Of a stretch of 64,000 nucleotides of DNA, positions 1 to 11,967 are shown piece by piece. A program made the translations under genes and the position numbers. The notes beneath the pieces are model-generated. The model was given only the letters and a program-made list of their open reading frames with translations. It made no database searches and was not told the DNA's origin. Numbering within the stretch: the stretch's first letter is position 1; each line of letters opens with the position of its first letter. Source of the DNA: Eledone cirrhosa (Eukaryota). The stretch covers positions 31,434,001-31,498,000 of the forward strand of contig OZ024760.1 of the NCBI GenBank assembly GCA_964016885.1. The letters run 5' to 3'.

Positions 1-75
1 TGTAAAATCCCTGGCATGCGTCTTTGTTTTGTCCCCTTTTCTTGTGCGCCCTTGTGGCTAATAAAGAAATCTATC
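1..75 (+). mobile_element. 3' end of a Tx1/L1-type LINE followed by a (TCTA)n tail
   Basis: CCCTTGTGGCTAATAAAGAAA closely matches the 3' end of the Tx1-like LINE at 26995-27015 and is followed by a microsatellite. Confidence 0.5.
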
Positions 76-182
76 TATCTATCTCTCTGTCTGTCTATCT
101 ATCTACCTATCTATCCATCCATCCAGCGACCTACACACCAAAACACCCACCTATCTATCTGTCTGTTTGTTTGTCTCACTAC

Positions 183-2010
183 AATGTCATATGTGTAGTT
201 AGACAAAGACATGTCATATGTTTAGTTAGACATATCATATGTGTAGTTAGACATGTCTTATGTGTAGTTAGACAAAGACTTGTCATATGTTTAGTTAGAC
301 ATATCATGTGTAGTTAGACATGTGATAGGTAGTTAGACGTATCATAGGTAGTTAGACATGTCATATAGGTAGGTAGACATGTCATATGTGTAGTTAGACA
401 TGTCATATGTGTAGTTTGACTTGTCATAGGTAGTTAGACATGTCATATAGGTAGTTAGACATGGCATATGTGTAATTAGACATGTCATATGTAGTTAGAC
501 ATGTCATATGTGTAGTTAGACATGTATGTGTAGTTAGACATGTCATGTGTAGTTAGACATGCCATATGTGTAGTTAGACATGTCATGTAGTTAGACATGT
601 CATATAGGTAGTTAGACATGTCATATAGGTAGTTAGACATGGCATATGTGTAGTTAGACATGTCATGTGTAGTTAGACATGTCATATGTGTAGTTAGACA
701 TGACATGTAGTTAGACATGTCATATAGGTAGTTAGACATGTCATATAGGTAGTTAGACATGTCATATGTGTAGTTAGAATGTCATATGTAGTTAGACATG
801 TGATATGTAGTTAGACATGTCATATGTGTAGTTAGACATGTCATATATGTAGTTAGACATGCCTGATGTAGTTAGACATGTCATGTAGTTAGACATGTCA
901 TGTGTAGTTAGATATGTCATATATGTAGTTAGACATGTCATGTGCAGTTAGACATGTGATATGTAGTTAGACATGTCATATGTGTAGTTATACATGTCAT
1001 ATGTAGTTAGACATGTCATATAGGTAGTTAGACATGTCATATGTGTAGTTAGACATGTCATATGTAGTTAGACATGTCATATGTGTAGTTAGACATGTCA
1101 TATGTGTAGTTAGACATGTCATGTAGTTAGACATGTCATGTGTAGTTAGACATGTCATGTGTAGTTAGACATGTCATGTGTAGTTAGACATGTCATGTGT
1201 AGTTAGACATGTCATATATGTAGTTAGATATGTCATATGTGTAGTTAGACATGTCATATGTGTAGTTAGACATGTCATATGTAGTTAGACATGTCATGTT
1301 TAGTAAGACATGTCATATATGAGGTTAGACATGTCATATGTAGTTAGACATGTCATATGTGTAGTTAGACATGCCATATGTAGTTAGACATGTCATGTGT
1401 AGTTAGACATGTCATGTGTAGTTAGACATGTCATGTGTAGTTAGACATGTCATGTGTAGTTAGACATGTCATATGTAGTTAGACATGTCATGTTTAGTAA
1501 GACGTCATATATGAGGTTAGACATGTCATATGTAGTTAGACATGTCATATGTAGTTAGACATGTCATGTAGTTAGACATGTTATGTGTAGTTAGACATGT
1601 CAGGTAGTTAGACATGTCATAGGTAGTTAGACATGTCATATAGGTAGTTAGACATGTCATATGTAGTTAGACATGTCATATGTAGTTAGACATGTCATGT
1701 GTAGTTAGACATGTCATGTGTAGTTAGACATGTCATGTGTAGTTAGACATGTCATATATGAGGTTAGACATGTCATATGTAGTTAGACATGTCATGTGTA
1801 GTTAGACATGTCATGTGTAGTTAGACATGTCATGTGTAGTTAGACATGTCATGTTTAGTAAGACATGTCATATGTAGTTAGACATATCATATATGAGGTT
1901 AGACATGTCATGTGTAGTTAGACATGTCATATGTAGTTAGACATGTCATATGTAGTTAGACATGTCATGTGTAGTTAGACATGTGATATGTAGTTAGACA
2001 TGTCATGTGT
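183..2010. repeat. Tandem satellite with a 17-21 bp unit (GTAGTTAGACATGTCAT[AT/GT]n)
   Basis: About 1.8 kb of visible tandem copies; each unit carries the palindrome GACATGTC. Confidence 0.95.
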
Positions 2011-2062
2011 CGCACCAATATAACTAATAATTTCTTACATTTCTTGTTTCTTGTTTTTACAG

Positions 2063-2263
2063 ATGTTCTCAATTCTCATCCGTTAACCTTCAATCCAAAC
2101 AAACACAAGGTGTTAAACTCTGAACTGAAGTACCTTTACACTGCGCTGACGAGGGCAAAACATAACATTTGGATATTTGATAAGTCCCATGAAAAAAGAG
2201 CCCCTATTTTTGAGTATTTTCAAGTTTTGGGACTAGTTGATGTAGTCAACACTTCTAATGAAG
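2063..2263 (+). CDS. TRANK1: TRANK1-like exon (UvrD/SF1 helicase motif VI region); upstream exons lie outside the window
   Basis: tttttacag|ATG..AAG|gtaac, phase 1/1. ELKYLYTALTRAKHNIWIFD..KRAPIFEYF matches the TRANK1 ELKxLYTAITRARxNLWIFD..KRAP motif. Confidence 0.9.
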
Positions 2264-2383
2264 GTAACACTTCATGTGTGTGTGTATATATAGGTGTGTG
2301 TGTGTATAGGTGTGTGTGTATATAGGTGTGTGTATGTGTATATATAGGTGTGTGTGTGTGTATATACATATATATATATATGA

Positions 2384-2705
2384 AGGCACATGGCTTAGTG
2401 GTTAGAGCATTGACCTTGCTATCGAAAAGTTGTGAGTTCATTTCTCAGACCAGGTGATGTGTTGTTTCCTTGAGCAAGACACTTTATTTCACAATGCTCC
2501 AGTTTACTCAGCTGTAGAAATGAGATGATAAGGACTGGGCTCCCTATCATTCCACTGCAAAGTGGTCGTGCAGGTGCCACGGCAAAAAAGCACCCAGCAT
2601 TCACTGTAAATGAGGTTGGCGTTAGGAAGGGCATCCAGCTGTAGAAATCAAGCCAGAATCAGTTCCCGCCCCACCCTTGCAAACAGGGAAAAAGTGGACG
2701 TAAAA
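2384..2705 (+). mobile_element. tRNA-derived SINE, family A, with RTE-type 3' tail
   Basis: A-box TGGCTTAGTGG and B-box-like GAGTTCATTTC. Tail GTTAGGAAGGGCATCCAGCTGTAGAAA is shared with RTE 3' UTRs here. Other copies at about 6740-7065, 13170-13425, 14840-15165 (all -). Confidence 0.75.
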
Positions 2706-2825
2706 TTATGTTCTGATGTCCCCCCATCTCCCATTCTCAAGCGTGAAACTAATATTAACATTTGTACTGCCTCTTCACTTCCACGTTTTTTTGATTTTTG
2801 TTAACTGTCTCAACTATAATATATA

Positions 2826-3494
2826 TATAGGCATAGGTTAAGAATAAGGTTCGCGAAAATGAAAGTCAATTTTCTGACAAGTAAATGTGTTTTTCTTTTT
2901 TTTTTACAGTGAAAGTTACGATACACTGTTTGTTTATTTACATCAGGTCTCTATAGTGATATGGTGTTAATTAGTATTGCGTGTGTGATTATTTTCTCTT
3001 ATATATATATGTGTGGGTGTGTATATGTGTGTATATATATGTGTCTGTATGTATATATATATGTGTGTTTGTATATATATATGTTTGTGTCATCATCATC
3101 GTTTAGATGTTTTTACCCAAATCCCTTATCATTCTCTGTCCTTCTTATGACCCGGCTTTAATTTCTTTGTAGTTGGTGCCAACTTTGGCAAGATATTACA
3201 AAAACATCTAAACGATGATGATGACACAAACACATATACATATACAAACACACATATATATATACATACAGACACACATATATATACACACATATACACA
3301 CCCACACATATATATATAAGAGAAAATAATCACACACGCAATACTAATTAACACCATATCACTATAGAGACCTGTTGTAAATAAACAAACAGTGTATCGT
3401 AACTTTTACTGTAAAAAAAAAAAAAAAAACACATTCACTTGTCAGAAAATTGACTTTCATTTTCGCGAACGTTATTCTTAACCTATGCCATATA
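2826..3494. repeat. Foldback: inverted arms of about 290 bp with a spacer of about 85 bp
   Basis: 2826-3114 is the near-perfect reverse complement of about 3199-3494. Confidence 0.9.
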
Positions 3495-3872
3495 CAGCAC
3501 TCACTGTAAATGAGGTTGGGGTTAGGAAGGGCATCCAGCTGTAGAAATCAAGCCAGATCAGTTCCTGTATGAGCAAGGCATGGTCAGCCGACCAGACACT
3601 GCACACAACAGGACAACCTGTCTAACCCATGCTAGCGTGGAAGAACGGACGTAAAACGGTGATGATGATGTGATGATGATATATACATACACACACATAT
3701 ATCATCATCATCATCATCATCATCATCACCGTTTTACGTCCGTTCTTCCATGCTAGCATGGGTTAGACGGGTTGTCCTGTTGTGAGCACTGTCTGGTCGG
3801 CTGACCATGCCTTGCTCATACAGGAACTGATTTTGGCTTGATTTCTACAGCTGGATGCCCTTCCTAACACCA
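3495..3872. mobile_element. Two short RTE-tail elements, tail-to-tail, with (GAT)n/(CAT)n tails
   Basis: Both carry GTTAGGAAGGGCATCCAGCTGTAG and AACCCATGCTAGC, in opposite orientations. Confidence 0.6.
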
Positions 3873-3967
3873 AGAGCTAAGTTTCTGCAACATCTCACTG
3901 TACGTCAACTCTATCCAGTGTAGTAATTAAACATTATTGCATCCAGGATAATCCTATACCTAATATA

Positions 3968-5312
3968 TCATCATCATCATCATCATCATCATCGTTTAAC
4001 GTCCATGTTCCACGCTTGCATGGGTTTGGACAGGAGTTTTCCCACTTGAGGCAAGAGTGGTTGTCTTGCTCGCATAGGACTGTCTGGCGGGTTTTCTATG
4101 GCTGGATGCCCTTCCTAACACCAACCACATTTACAGTGTGGGACTGGGATGTTTTTACCGTGTTGCCTACACGGCCACATTACAGCATGGACTGTGTTTT
4201 TTTGTCGTGATATCTACACGACCTCATTTGTTTCGGACTCGATGTTGTGGTACCAACATAACTTTACATTGAAAGGGGTGGTGTGGATGGGGTGGGGGTA
4301 GTGGGACGGGGGTGTATTTTGTTAGAGATGCCTACTGACTGTAGTAGGTTTCACTTTGTACTTAGGTAAGGCGGGTCTTCTGTATTACTGTGTAGCGCTA
4401 AAGATCTCGGTCCAGTGACATTGTCTTGGAGAGGTGTAAGTGTGTGAGGTCGGAATTTATCAAGTTGTCCCAGGTTTTTCTGGGTCTGCCTACTCCGTGA
4501 CTACCGTCTATTTTTATTGCCCTGCACTTTTTTATACAGCTGTCGTCTTTCATGCGCATCGTGACCATACCAACGTAGTCTTCTCTCGAGTAAACAACAT
4601 CTGATCCCTCTTATTTCTAATTTTTCCCTTAGTTCGTTTATGCTTTGCCGTTCACATATATTACTATTACACATCGAGCGGAGCATGCAAGCTTCGTTCC
4701 TCTCCAGTCTGCGTATATCCTCTGCACACAATGCCCAGGTCTCACTGCCATGTAACATTGCTGTTCGTATGCAGGCATCATACAGTCTGCCTTTCATTTT
4801 TAGAGAGAACCCTTTAGCAGCTAATAGTGGTATAAGCTTTCTGAACTTTTTCCATCCAGTTCTGACTCTAGCTACTGTACTTTCAGAGCACCCTCCACCA
4901 CTGCTGATTTTGTCACCCAAGTAACGGAAGGTGTCCACTATTTCTATAGAACCATCTGTGCAATGGAATGAGCTAGTATTCTGTGGGCACTTGCTGCTAC
5001 TTATTGCACCAGAGCACCGGCCACATATAAAATCTATGTTCTTAGTTAGCTTACCTGTGATCCCACTACATCTTTTATGCACCCATACTTTGCATTTGGG
5101 ACATAAAATAGAGTTTCTACCTACTCCTTTCTTACACACTGAGCATGGCCATTTCCCGGATGGAACCAGTGCCCTATTTTCCTTCCTACAAACTAGAACT
5201 TTAGTCTTAGACAGGTTAATTTTAAGGCCTTTTGATTCTAGGCCATGCTTCCATGTTTGGAGTTTCTTCTCTAGTTCAGCCATTGATTCAGCTATGAGCG
5301 TTAGATCATCTG
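3968..5312 (-). mobile_element. 5'-truncated RTE-clade LINE (RT C-terminus, 3' UTR, (GAT)n tail)
   Basis: [34 protein letters not shown]; near-identical to the copy at 32445-35730. Confidence 0.9.
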
Positions 5313-5370
5313 TGTATAGGAGATATATATATATATGTATATAATATATATATATATATATATGTATATA

Positions 5371-5401
<31 letters not shown>

Positions 5402-5408
5402 ATATATG

Positions 5409-5530
<122 letters not shown>

Positions 5531-5591
5531 TTATATATATATATATTTATATACATATATATATATATATACATATATATATTTATATACA

Positions 5592-5626
<35 letters not shown>

Positions 5627-5648
5627 TTATATACATATATATATATAT

Positions 5649-5707
<59 letters not shown>

Positions 5708-5717
5708 CATATATATA

Positions 5718-6409
5718 TATAAAGAATTAGTATATCTAGTAATATATATATACATAGATGCATATTTATGCTAGCAAATATATAGGTTTTGTCTTAGTAA
5801 CTTTGTGGTTCAATGCATGGGGTTGCACAACAATAATATGAGAGACGTAAAATAAGAAAATTATAAAATTAACTTACTTACTAAAATTTCACTCCCAACT
5901 AATTAGTTTCTGAAAGGGAATAAACATACTTTCCGAAGAAACGTACAGAGAAGCCTTTCGTCATCAGGGAAGTCTATTCTCAGCTAAGTTTCCAGGCAAT
6001 ACGTGGACACAGGGAACTTATACAAAAATAATTCAGTGGATGGAAAAAAGCGGAGCGTGGACTAAATTCCTAGCCATTGAGAAAGTCACTGCCTACTGCG
6101 TCGGTGGCAAATTCAAAAGAATCAATCACGTGACATCGAGGTCAATCAGTGGAAAGTGGTTTGTTAAGAAGACAGCAGCCTGACTGTTACCATAGCAGCA
6201 GTTTTGGCTAATTTTTGCTCGACAAATAATTTGGAGATAATTATAAAGAATTAGTATATCTAGTAACATATATATACACAGATGTATATTTATGCTAGCA
6301 AATATATAGGTTTTGTCTTAGTAACTTTGTGGTTCAATGCATGGGGTTGCAGAACAATAATATGAGAGACGTAAAATAAGAAAATTATAAAATTAACTTA
6401 CTTACTAAA

Positions 6410-6413
<4 letters not shown>
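5718..6413 (-). mobile_element. Non-coding partial-tandem retrozyme/PLE-type element: 524-nt unit plus 172-nt direct repeat, inserted in (TA)n
   Basis: Direct repeats at 5718-5889 and 6242-6413; HHR immediately adjacent; no ORF. Confidence 0.7.
5891..5973 (-). ncRNA. Type I hammerhead ribozyme with palindromic stem III
   Basis: Minus strand reads ACTTCC-CTGATGA-cGAAAGG..CCTTTCa-GAAA-CTAATTAG-TT-GGGAGT; stems I, II and III all pair. Confidence 0.75.
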
Positions 6414-6499
<86 letters not shown>

Positions 6500-6739
6500 A
6501 TATTTTATATATATAGGTGTTTCATCATCATCATCATAAACATCACCGTTTTACGTCCATTCTTCCACGCTAGCATGGGTTAGACGGGTTGTCCTGTTGT
6601 GGGAAATTCCAGGTCAGGGGACCATGTCATGCTCATATATATGTGTATGTGTGTATGTATAAATTTATTTTTCTGTATCTGTCTGTGTCTGTATGTGTGT
6701 GTATATATATATATATATATTCATTCATTTTTCATTCAT

Positions 6740-7065
6740 TTCATTTTACGTCCGCTTTTCCCTGCTTGCAAGGGTGGGACGGGAACTGATTCTGGCTTGA
6801 TTTCTACAGCTGGATGCCCTTCCTAACACCAACCTCATTTACAGTGAGTGCTGGGTGCTTTTTTGCCGTGGCACCTCCACGACCACTTTGCAGTGGAATG
6901 ATAGAGACCCGAGTCCTTATCATCTCATTTCTACAGCTGAATAAACTGGAGCAATGTGAAATAAAGTCTCTTGCTCAAGGAAACAACACATCACCCGGTC
7001 TGAGAATTGAACTCACAACCTTTCGATTGCAAGGCCAATGCTCTAACCACTAAGCCATATGCCTC
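6740..7065 (-). mobile_element. SINE family A copy
   Basis: Reverse complement of 2384-2705. Confidence 0.75.
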
Positions 7066-7129
7066 CATATATATATTATATATTAATTTCAACAATGTCA
7101 GTATTCCGTGTGTCATAATTCTCAATTAT

Positions 7130-7906
7130 CATTGGTTCATAGGTTTCAAACGACCCCGCCCACCTCAACGACGCCAATGAGGGAGTGAGAGGGGAGAGTA
7201 AGAAACAGAGAGGCAAAGTGAACGCTGTAACTATTACCATGTGTGTGTGTGTATGTACGTGTGCATATGTTTATGTGTGTGTGCGTGCATGCAGTGTTCC
7301 ACAGAAAGTAAAAGCAATTCGACTTTATCAAACAGTGAACTACAGCGGCGACGGCATGCAGCCAGGAATGAAGAAAAACGGGCCGAACAGCGCCATCGGA
7401 ATGCCGAACTTGAGAGGCGAAGACGTGCTGCCATGAATGAAGAGGAGCTGGCTGAACAATGCCAACGAAACACTGGAGCCAAGCAGCGACGGCGTGCTGC
7501 GATGGTTGAAGACGAACTGGCTGAGCATCATCTTTTATATTAATTATCTATATCTATATCTACATATAATATAAAAGATTGGAACTTCCATCATCCTTTT
7601 GAGAAACATGGAACAACCACGTCTATGCAATGATACACGTTTTACAGTCAGGCAGAAGATGAACCATCTCCTAGAGGTCACTATTCTAGGTGGGAGCACC
7701 TAGAATTGTTCATATACTATGCACAAACGGTACAATGAAGAATCTGGTATATCTGGAAGATTTTTTTTTACTGTTTTCTGTATCACACAGACATCATGGA
7801 CTCGCCTCATACTGTAACCAGACAAACATCCAATACAGTCATTTTCTCTTTTACCTGTCTTCTCTTATCATCTGTTTACCCGGACTAAGCTGGGTACGTC
7901 AGCTAG
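7130..7906 (+). mobile_element. Non-autonomous Helitron relic(s)
   Basis: PIF1-like fragment LRNMEQPRLCNDTRFTVRQKMNHLLEVTIL (about 7598-7690). 3' hairpin TACCCGG..CTGGGTA (7877-7896), then CTAG|T at 7903-7907. Possible 5' TC start near 7559. Arg/Glu-rich repeats at 7340-7530. Confidence 0.65.
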
Positions 7907-8519
7907 TATATATATATATATATTGTGTATAGGTGTGTGTTTGTGTATGTATATGAGTGTGTGTATACATATATATATGTGTATGTATGTATATATATGT
8001 GTGTGTATAGGGATGTTTGTATGCATGTGTGTATGTAAGTAGAGCTGTATGTATGTATATGTAGGTGATTGTGGGTGTATATACTTACGTTAGGTTGTAT
8101 GTTATACCATAGATTTTTAAAAGGGGACAAGTAACTCTTTTGGGAACAAACACCCAATATGCCATAAAGAAAATCTTTATTCCACAAATTTCAGTTATAT
8201 TTTGTGATGTTTGCAATGAAAAAAGGAGAAAAAAAAGTAATAGGAGGGGGTGGAGTGGAGTGACTGACTCTACACCCCAGTCTGGGTGTTATATCCCCTC
8301 CACACTGACAGCAGGGTGGGTTGCAATTATGCGGGCGCTATTTTTAGCTATACATTGCAAAACAGTGGATACCTTACTTGACCTCACAAAACCGCCCCCG
8401 CCCCCCACACACACACACTGACTGAAGGGACGTAGTTTGGGACGTGCAACTGGTGGACACGCAGGCGCTATTTTTAGCAATGCATTGCAATGACCAATAC
8501 AAGATAATTATAATTATGA

Positions 8520-10502
8520 AGCTGGTTTACAAAACAGAGTAGTTTGTCTTTTACAACTGGTACATAAGACGTATAGAAAAGGTATCATACTCCAAATGGC
8601 CAGATAGGATCGGATAGCTTCTGTTAGGAATTCAATTTGACTCCAGTTTAGATGGTTCAATGTTTTCTTCTATAATACAGTTCATCAGAATTTACTAAAT
8701 CGTATCCAAAAAGCAAGATACTATGGTCGGCTGATTGATTCGACCCCTGACCAGGCGCACCGAGAATAACTGTCAGAAGTTATGCAATATGTCGATGTTG
8801 ATTTCAATATGAAGACGGTCGTTGTGAGGGAATCTTTTCTTGGATTCATTCAAGTAATCAAAAAAGATGCCGCAAGCCTTGTTGAAACAATCGTGAAAGA
8901 GCTAGAAAAAGATGACCTACCACTGCAGAACGATCGCAGTGCTACGACAATGTTGCCATAATGGTTGGGCACCGCAGTGGGGTTCAGCAGAGAATGAGAG
9001 AGAAGAATAATTTGATTCACTTCGTTAATTGCGATAACCATTCACTTAATCTGGCTGGTCTTCATGCAGCCAAAAACGATTCTGTTATGATGAACTTTTT
9101 CCATTGCATTGACTCATTATACAACTTTTTTTCTCATTCAACACGACGATGGGAAGCCCTTAAAGAAGTTGCTCCAGTGGTTGTTAAATATCCTTCCGAC
9201 ACGCGGTGGAGTGCTAGATGTACCACAGTCAGACCGGTGGCAAATTATTTGACGCTGATTGTTCAAGTTCTCGAAAGAATTAGTGATGATGAAACAGAGA
9301 TATGCGAGAGTAGAAGTGATGCCAGTAATCTCCATAATCAGATACTGAGTTATGAATTCCTGAACTTGATTGGATTCTGGAACACGATTCTCTCACGAAT
9401 TGACCGGGTTCAAAAGAGACTTCAAGATCCAAGAATGAATTTTCACGATGCTGCAGCTGATATAGGAGCCCTTCAACTTTATTTTAAAGAAGAAGGAAAT
9501 ACCTTAATCCACGAGTCTCTTGAAATGGGCTTCGACCTCTGCCAGAAATAGAATGTCAATTTTCTGAGGAGGCGAGGAAGACGACAAACCAATACCGAAA
9601 TTACTGAGGACGTCGAGGTGGCAGCCAGAAAAGAGATAGAGAGAGCAATGCAAAGTTCACTCAATCGTCTTGAAACAGAAATGGAAGAACGGTTTATTCG
9701 ACTTAAGGAAACCGATTCAAGTTTTGGCTTTCTTCTTGATGTCAACTATCTGTTTTATTTGGCTGCTCCTGATAACCTTGTCCTTAAACAGTCTTGCAGA
9801 ACAATACAACTCCGACATCGACGGAGAGCAATTGTATGAGGAAATCTTTCACTGCCGATCTTTGCTGGCTACTAGGACAGCTGACCCAATTATAAAGCCA
9901 GAGACACTTCTCCAATTCATCATACAATACGGCGATGAATGTGTTTTTCCCAATTTGCGAATCAGCATTCAAATAATTGTTTCTACTTTAGGCACAAGGC
10001 CAGCAATTAGCCAGTGCATTACTGGTACTTTATTTTATCGACCCCGTAAGGATGAAAGGCAAAGTTAACCTCGGCGGGATTTGAACTCAGATTGTAAAGG
10101 GACGTAACTATGCTGGAAAGCATAGCGTCCGACCCTCTACCGATACTGCCAATCCACCGCCCTCAGCATTCAAATAATGTTGATGATTTCTATTTCAATT
10201 GCCAGTTACGAGAGGTTGTTCAGCAAGCTGAAGCTAATACATTCGTATTTGCAAACCGCAATGGGCCAACAACGGCTGACTGACCTCGCCCTTTTGAGTG
10301 TAGAAATCAAAGAGTTTGAACGAACTGATTTCGAGGAAATTATCAACCAGTTTGCCTCATTAAAAGCCCGAAAAATCAAGTTGTAACCGTTTTTTGTTTT
10401 TTTATTATAAATTCTACCGCAATTTCGTCTTTGTGGATCTTGGAGGGGGGGGGGCAATGTTGATGCTTGCTCTGGGCGCCGTTTACCCTAGCTACGCCAC
10501 TG
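8520..10502 (+). mobile_element. Degenerate hAT transposon (ZMYM1/FAM200-type transposase with hAT dimerisation domain)
   Basis: DSTPD, CDNHSLNL, SDTRWSAR, ERLFSKLKLI..MGQQRLTDLALLSVE, with stops and frameshifts. Right TIR-like CCCTAGCTACGCCACTG at about 10486-10502. Confidence 0.8.
9978..10162 (-). mobile_element. tRNA-derived SINE, family B, with 16-bp TSD, inserted in the hAT element
   Basis: TSD TCAGCATTCAAATAAT at 9962-9977 and 10163-10178. A-box TGGCAGTATCGG and B-box GAGTTCAAATCCC on -. Confidence 0.85.
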
Positions 10503-10651
10503 GGTATATCTTAGCTGGGAGTGCCAGACTGTACACCCTAGAAGAGCATCTAACTAGAAACCCTGTCAAGAGAGAATATGTCGAGTAGGGAGTAGCCACA
10601 TATTGGGTCTGTTGGGATACTATGATACAGCTCTTTCTTTCCTATTTTTAG

Positions 10652-10974
10652 GCTCCAAAAATGCTGATTTCGTCAAAAGCTCAACACCGGAGGAATGGTT
10701 TAAGAAGGGTTTGTTCTTCTTTGAACAAAAACACTTTGAAATTGCCATAAAATGCTTCCAGAAAAGTGGCCATAAGAAAGAGGAGAATGTCTGCAGAGCA
10801 TTCCAGTATGTTAGTCTGGGTGAAGGCCAGGTGACAGCTGCTGAGAAAAAGAAATACTTTCTCATAGCATCTGATTATTTCTTCAACAGCAACATGTGCA
10901 TCAGATGTGCATGGTGCCTGTCTCATGCGGGCAAATATGAAGAATCTGCTCGCCTTTACCAAAAATGTGGAAAG
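10652..10974 (+). CDS. TRANK1: TRANK1-like exon (TPR region)
   Basis: ttttag|GC..AAG|gtatgt, phase 1/0. FVKSSTPEEWFKKG..AIKCFQKSG resembles TRANK1 FVKTSTPxEW..AAKCYQKGG. Confidence 0.9.
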
Positions 10975-11312
10975 GTATGTATGTGTGTATTCATGTTTGT
11001 CTCTTTCAAATTATCAAAATATTTATGTAAATAAGCAAATAGGACCATCAACCCCCTAATTCTGAACATAAATACACCTAGAACAAATGCTCAAAGCTGA
11101 CCTATAGTCTGGTCAACTACACACCAATAGCTGCTCTGTTGATCAAAGCTGATCTATAGTCTGGTCAACTACACACTAATAGCTGCCCTGTTAGTGTGTA
11201 GTTGATCTACAGAAGACAACAGATGCAAAGGAGATATTTCATCAAACAACAAATCAATTTTCTACATAAGATAGTTTCTATTATTTTTTTTTTCTTTGTT
11301 CGTATGAACCTG

Positions 11313-11495
11313 AAACTCCTTGTGGAATTATAGAGGTCAAGCTTATCTGTGGACCTACGGAACTCCTTGTGGAGTTATAGAGACCAAGCCTATCTCTGGA
11401 TCAGGGGAACTCCTTGTGGAGTTATAGAGACCAAGCCTATCTCTGGACCAGGGGAACTCGTGGAGTTATAGAGACCAAGCCTATCTCTGGACCAA
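11313..11495. repeat. Minisatellite, about 45 bp x 4
   Basis: GGAACTCCTTGTGGAGTTATAGAGACCAAGCCTATCTCTGGA repeated. Confidence 0.85.
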
Positions 11496-11688
11496 GTGAT
11501 TTCATTTAGTGAAGGAGAGAGGGAGGAAGTATAAAAGAGATATAAAGGAAGAATCGAACTCCCACTACTTTAGACAGGTAAGGCTCTCAAGGATATATCA
11601 ATGACAGGACAGGGAAGGTAACACATTTCCCTTTGAACATTTTCCTTATAATTTTTTTCACTTTATATATTTTTCTTATAAATTCCAG

Positions 11689-11853
11689 TACCAGCAAGCT
11701 GCAGTTAACTTTAAAAATGCCAAATTGTACAGAGAAGCTACAGATTGTTACCTGGAGATTTCCAGGTATGACAAAGCAGTTGATATGCTCCACAATGCCA
11801 GGGAGTTTAGCCAGGCCATAGAAGTAATAAAGAAATATAGAGAACTCAAACAG
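11689..11853 (+). CDS. TRANK1: TRANK1-like exon (TPR-like)
   Basis: ttccag|TAC..CAG|gttggt, phase 0/0. YQQAAVNFKNAKLYREATDCYLEISRYDKAVDML. Confidence 0.85.
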
Positions 11854-11967
11854 GTTGGTCACAGCTTTTCTTTAGGATTTAATGTGTGTGTAGTGTGTGT
11901 TGTGTGTGTAGTGTCTGTCTGTATGTGTGTGTGTGTTGTGTGTGTAAGTGAGTATATGTGTGTAGTG

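Noticed and set aside
183-2010. Regular repeats resembling a CRISPR array (also 59080-60870 and 63400-64000)
   Set aside because: No unique spacers, no cas genes, eukaryotic context; these are plain tandem repeats
2384-2455. tRNA gene
   Set aside because: A/B boxes continue into a multi-copy SINE body and no full cloverleaf forms. The same applies to SINE B heads
2868-2925. CTGACAA..GAAA in the foldback arm as an HHR
   Set aside because: G8 is missing, stems are unconvincing, and GAAA is not retained in the mirror arm
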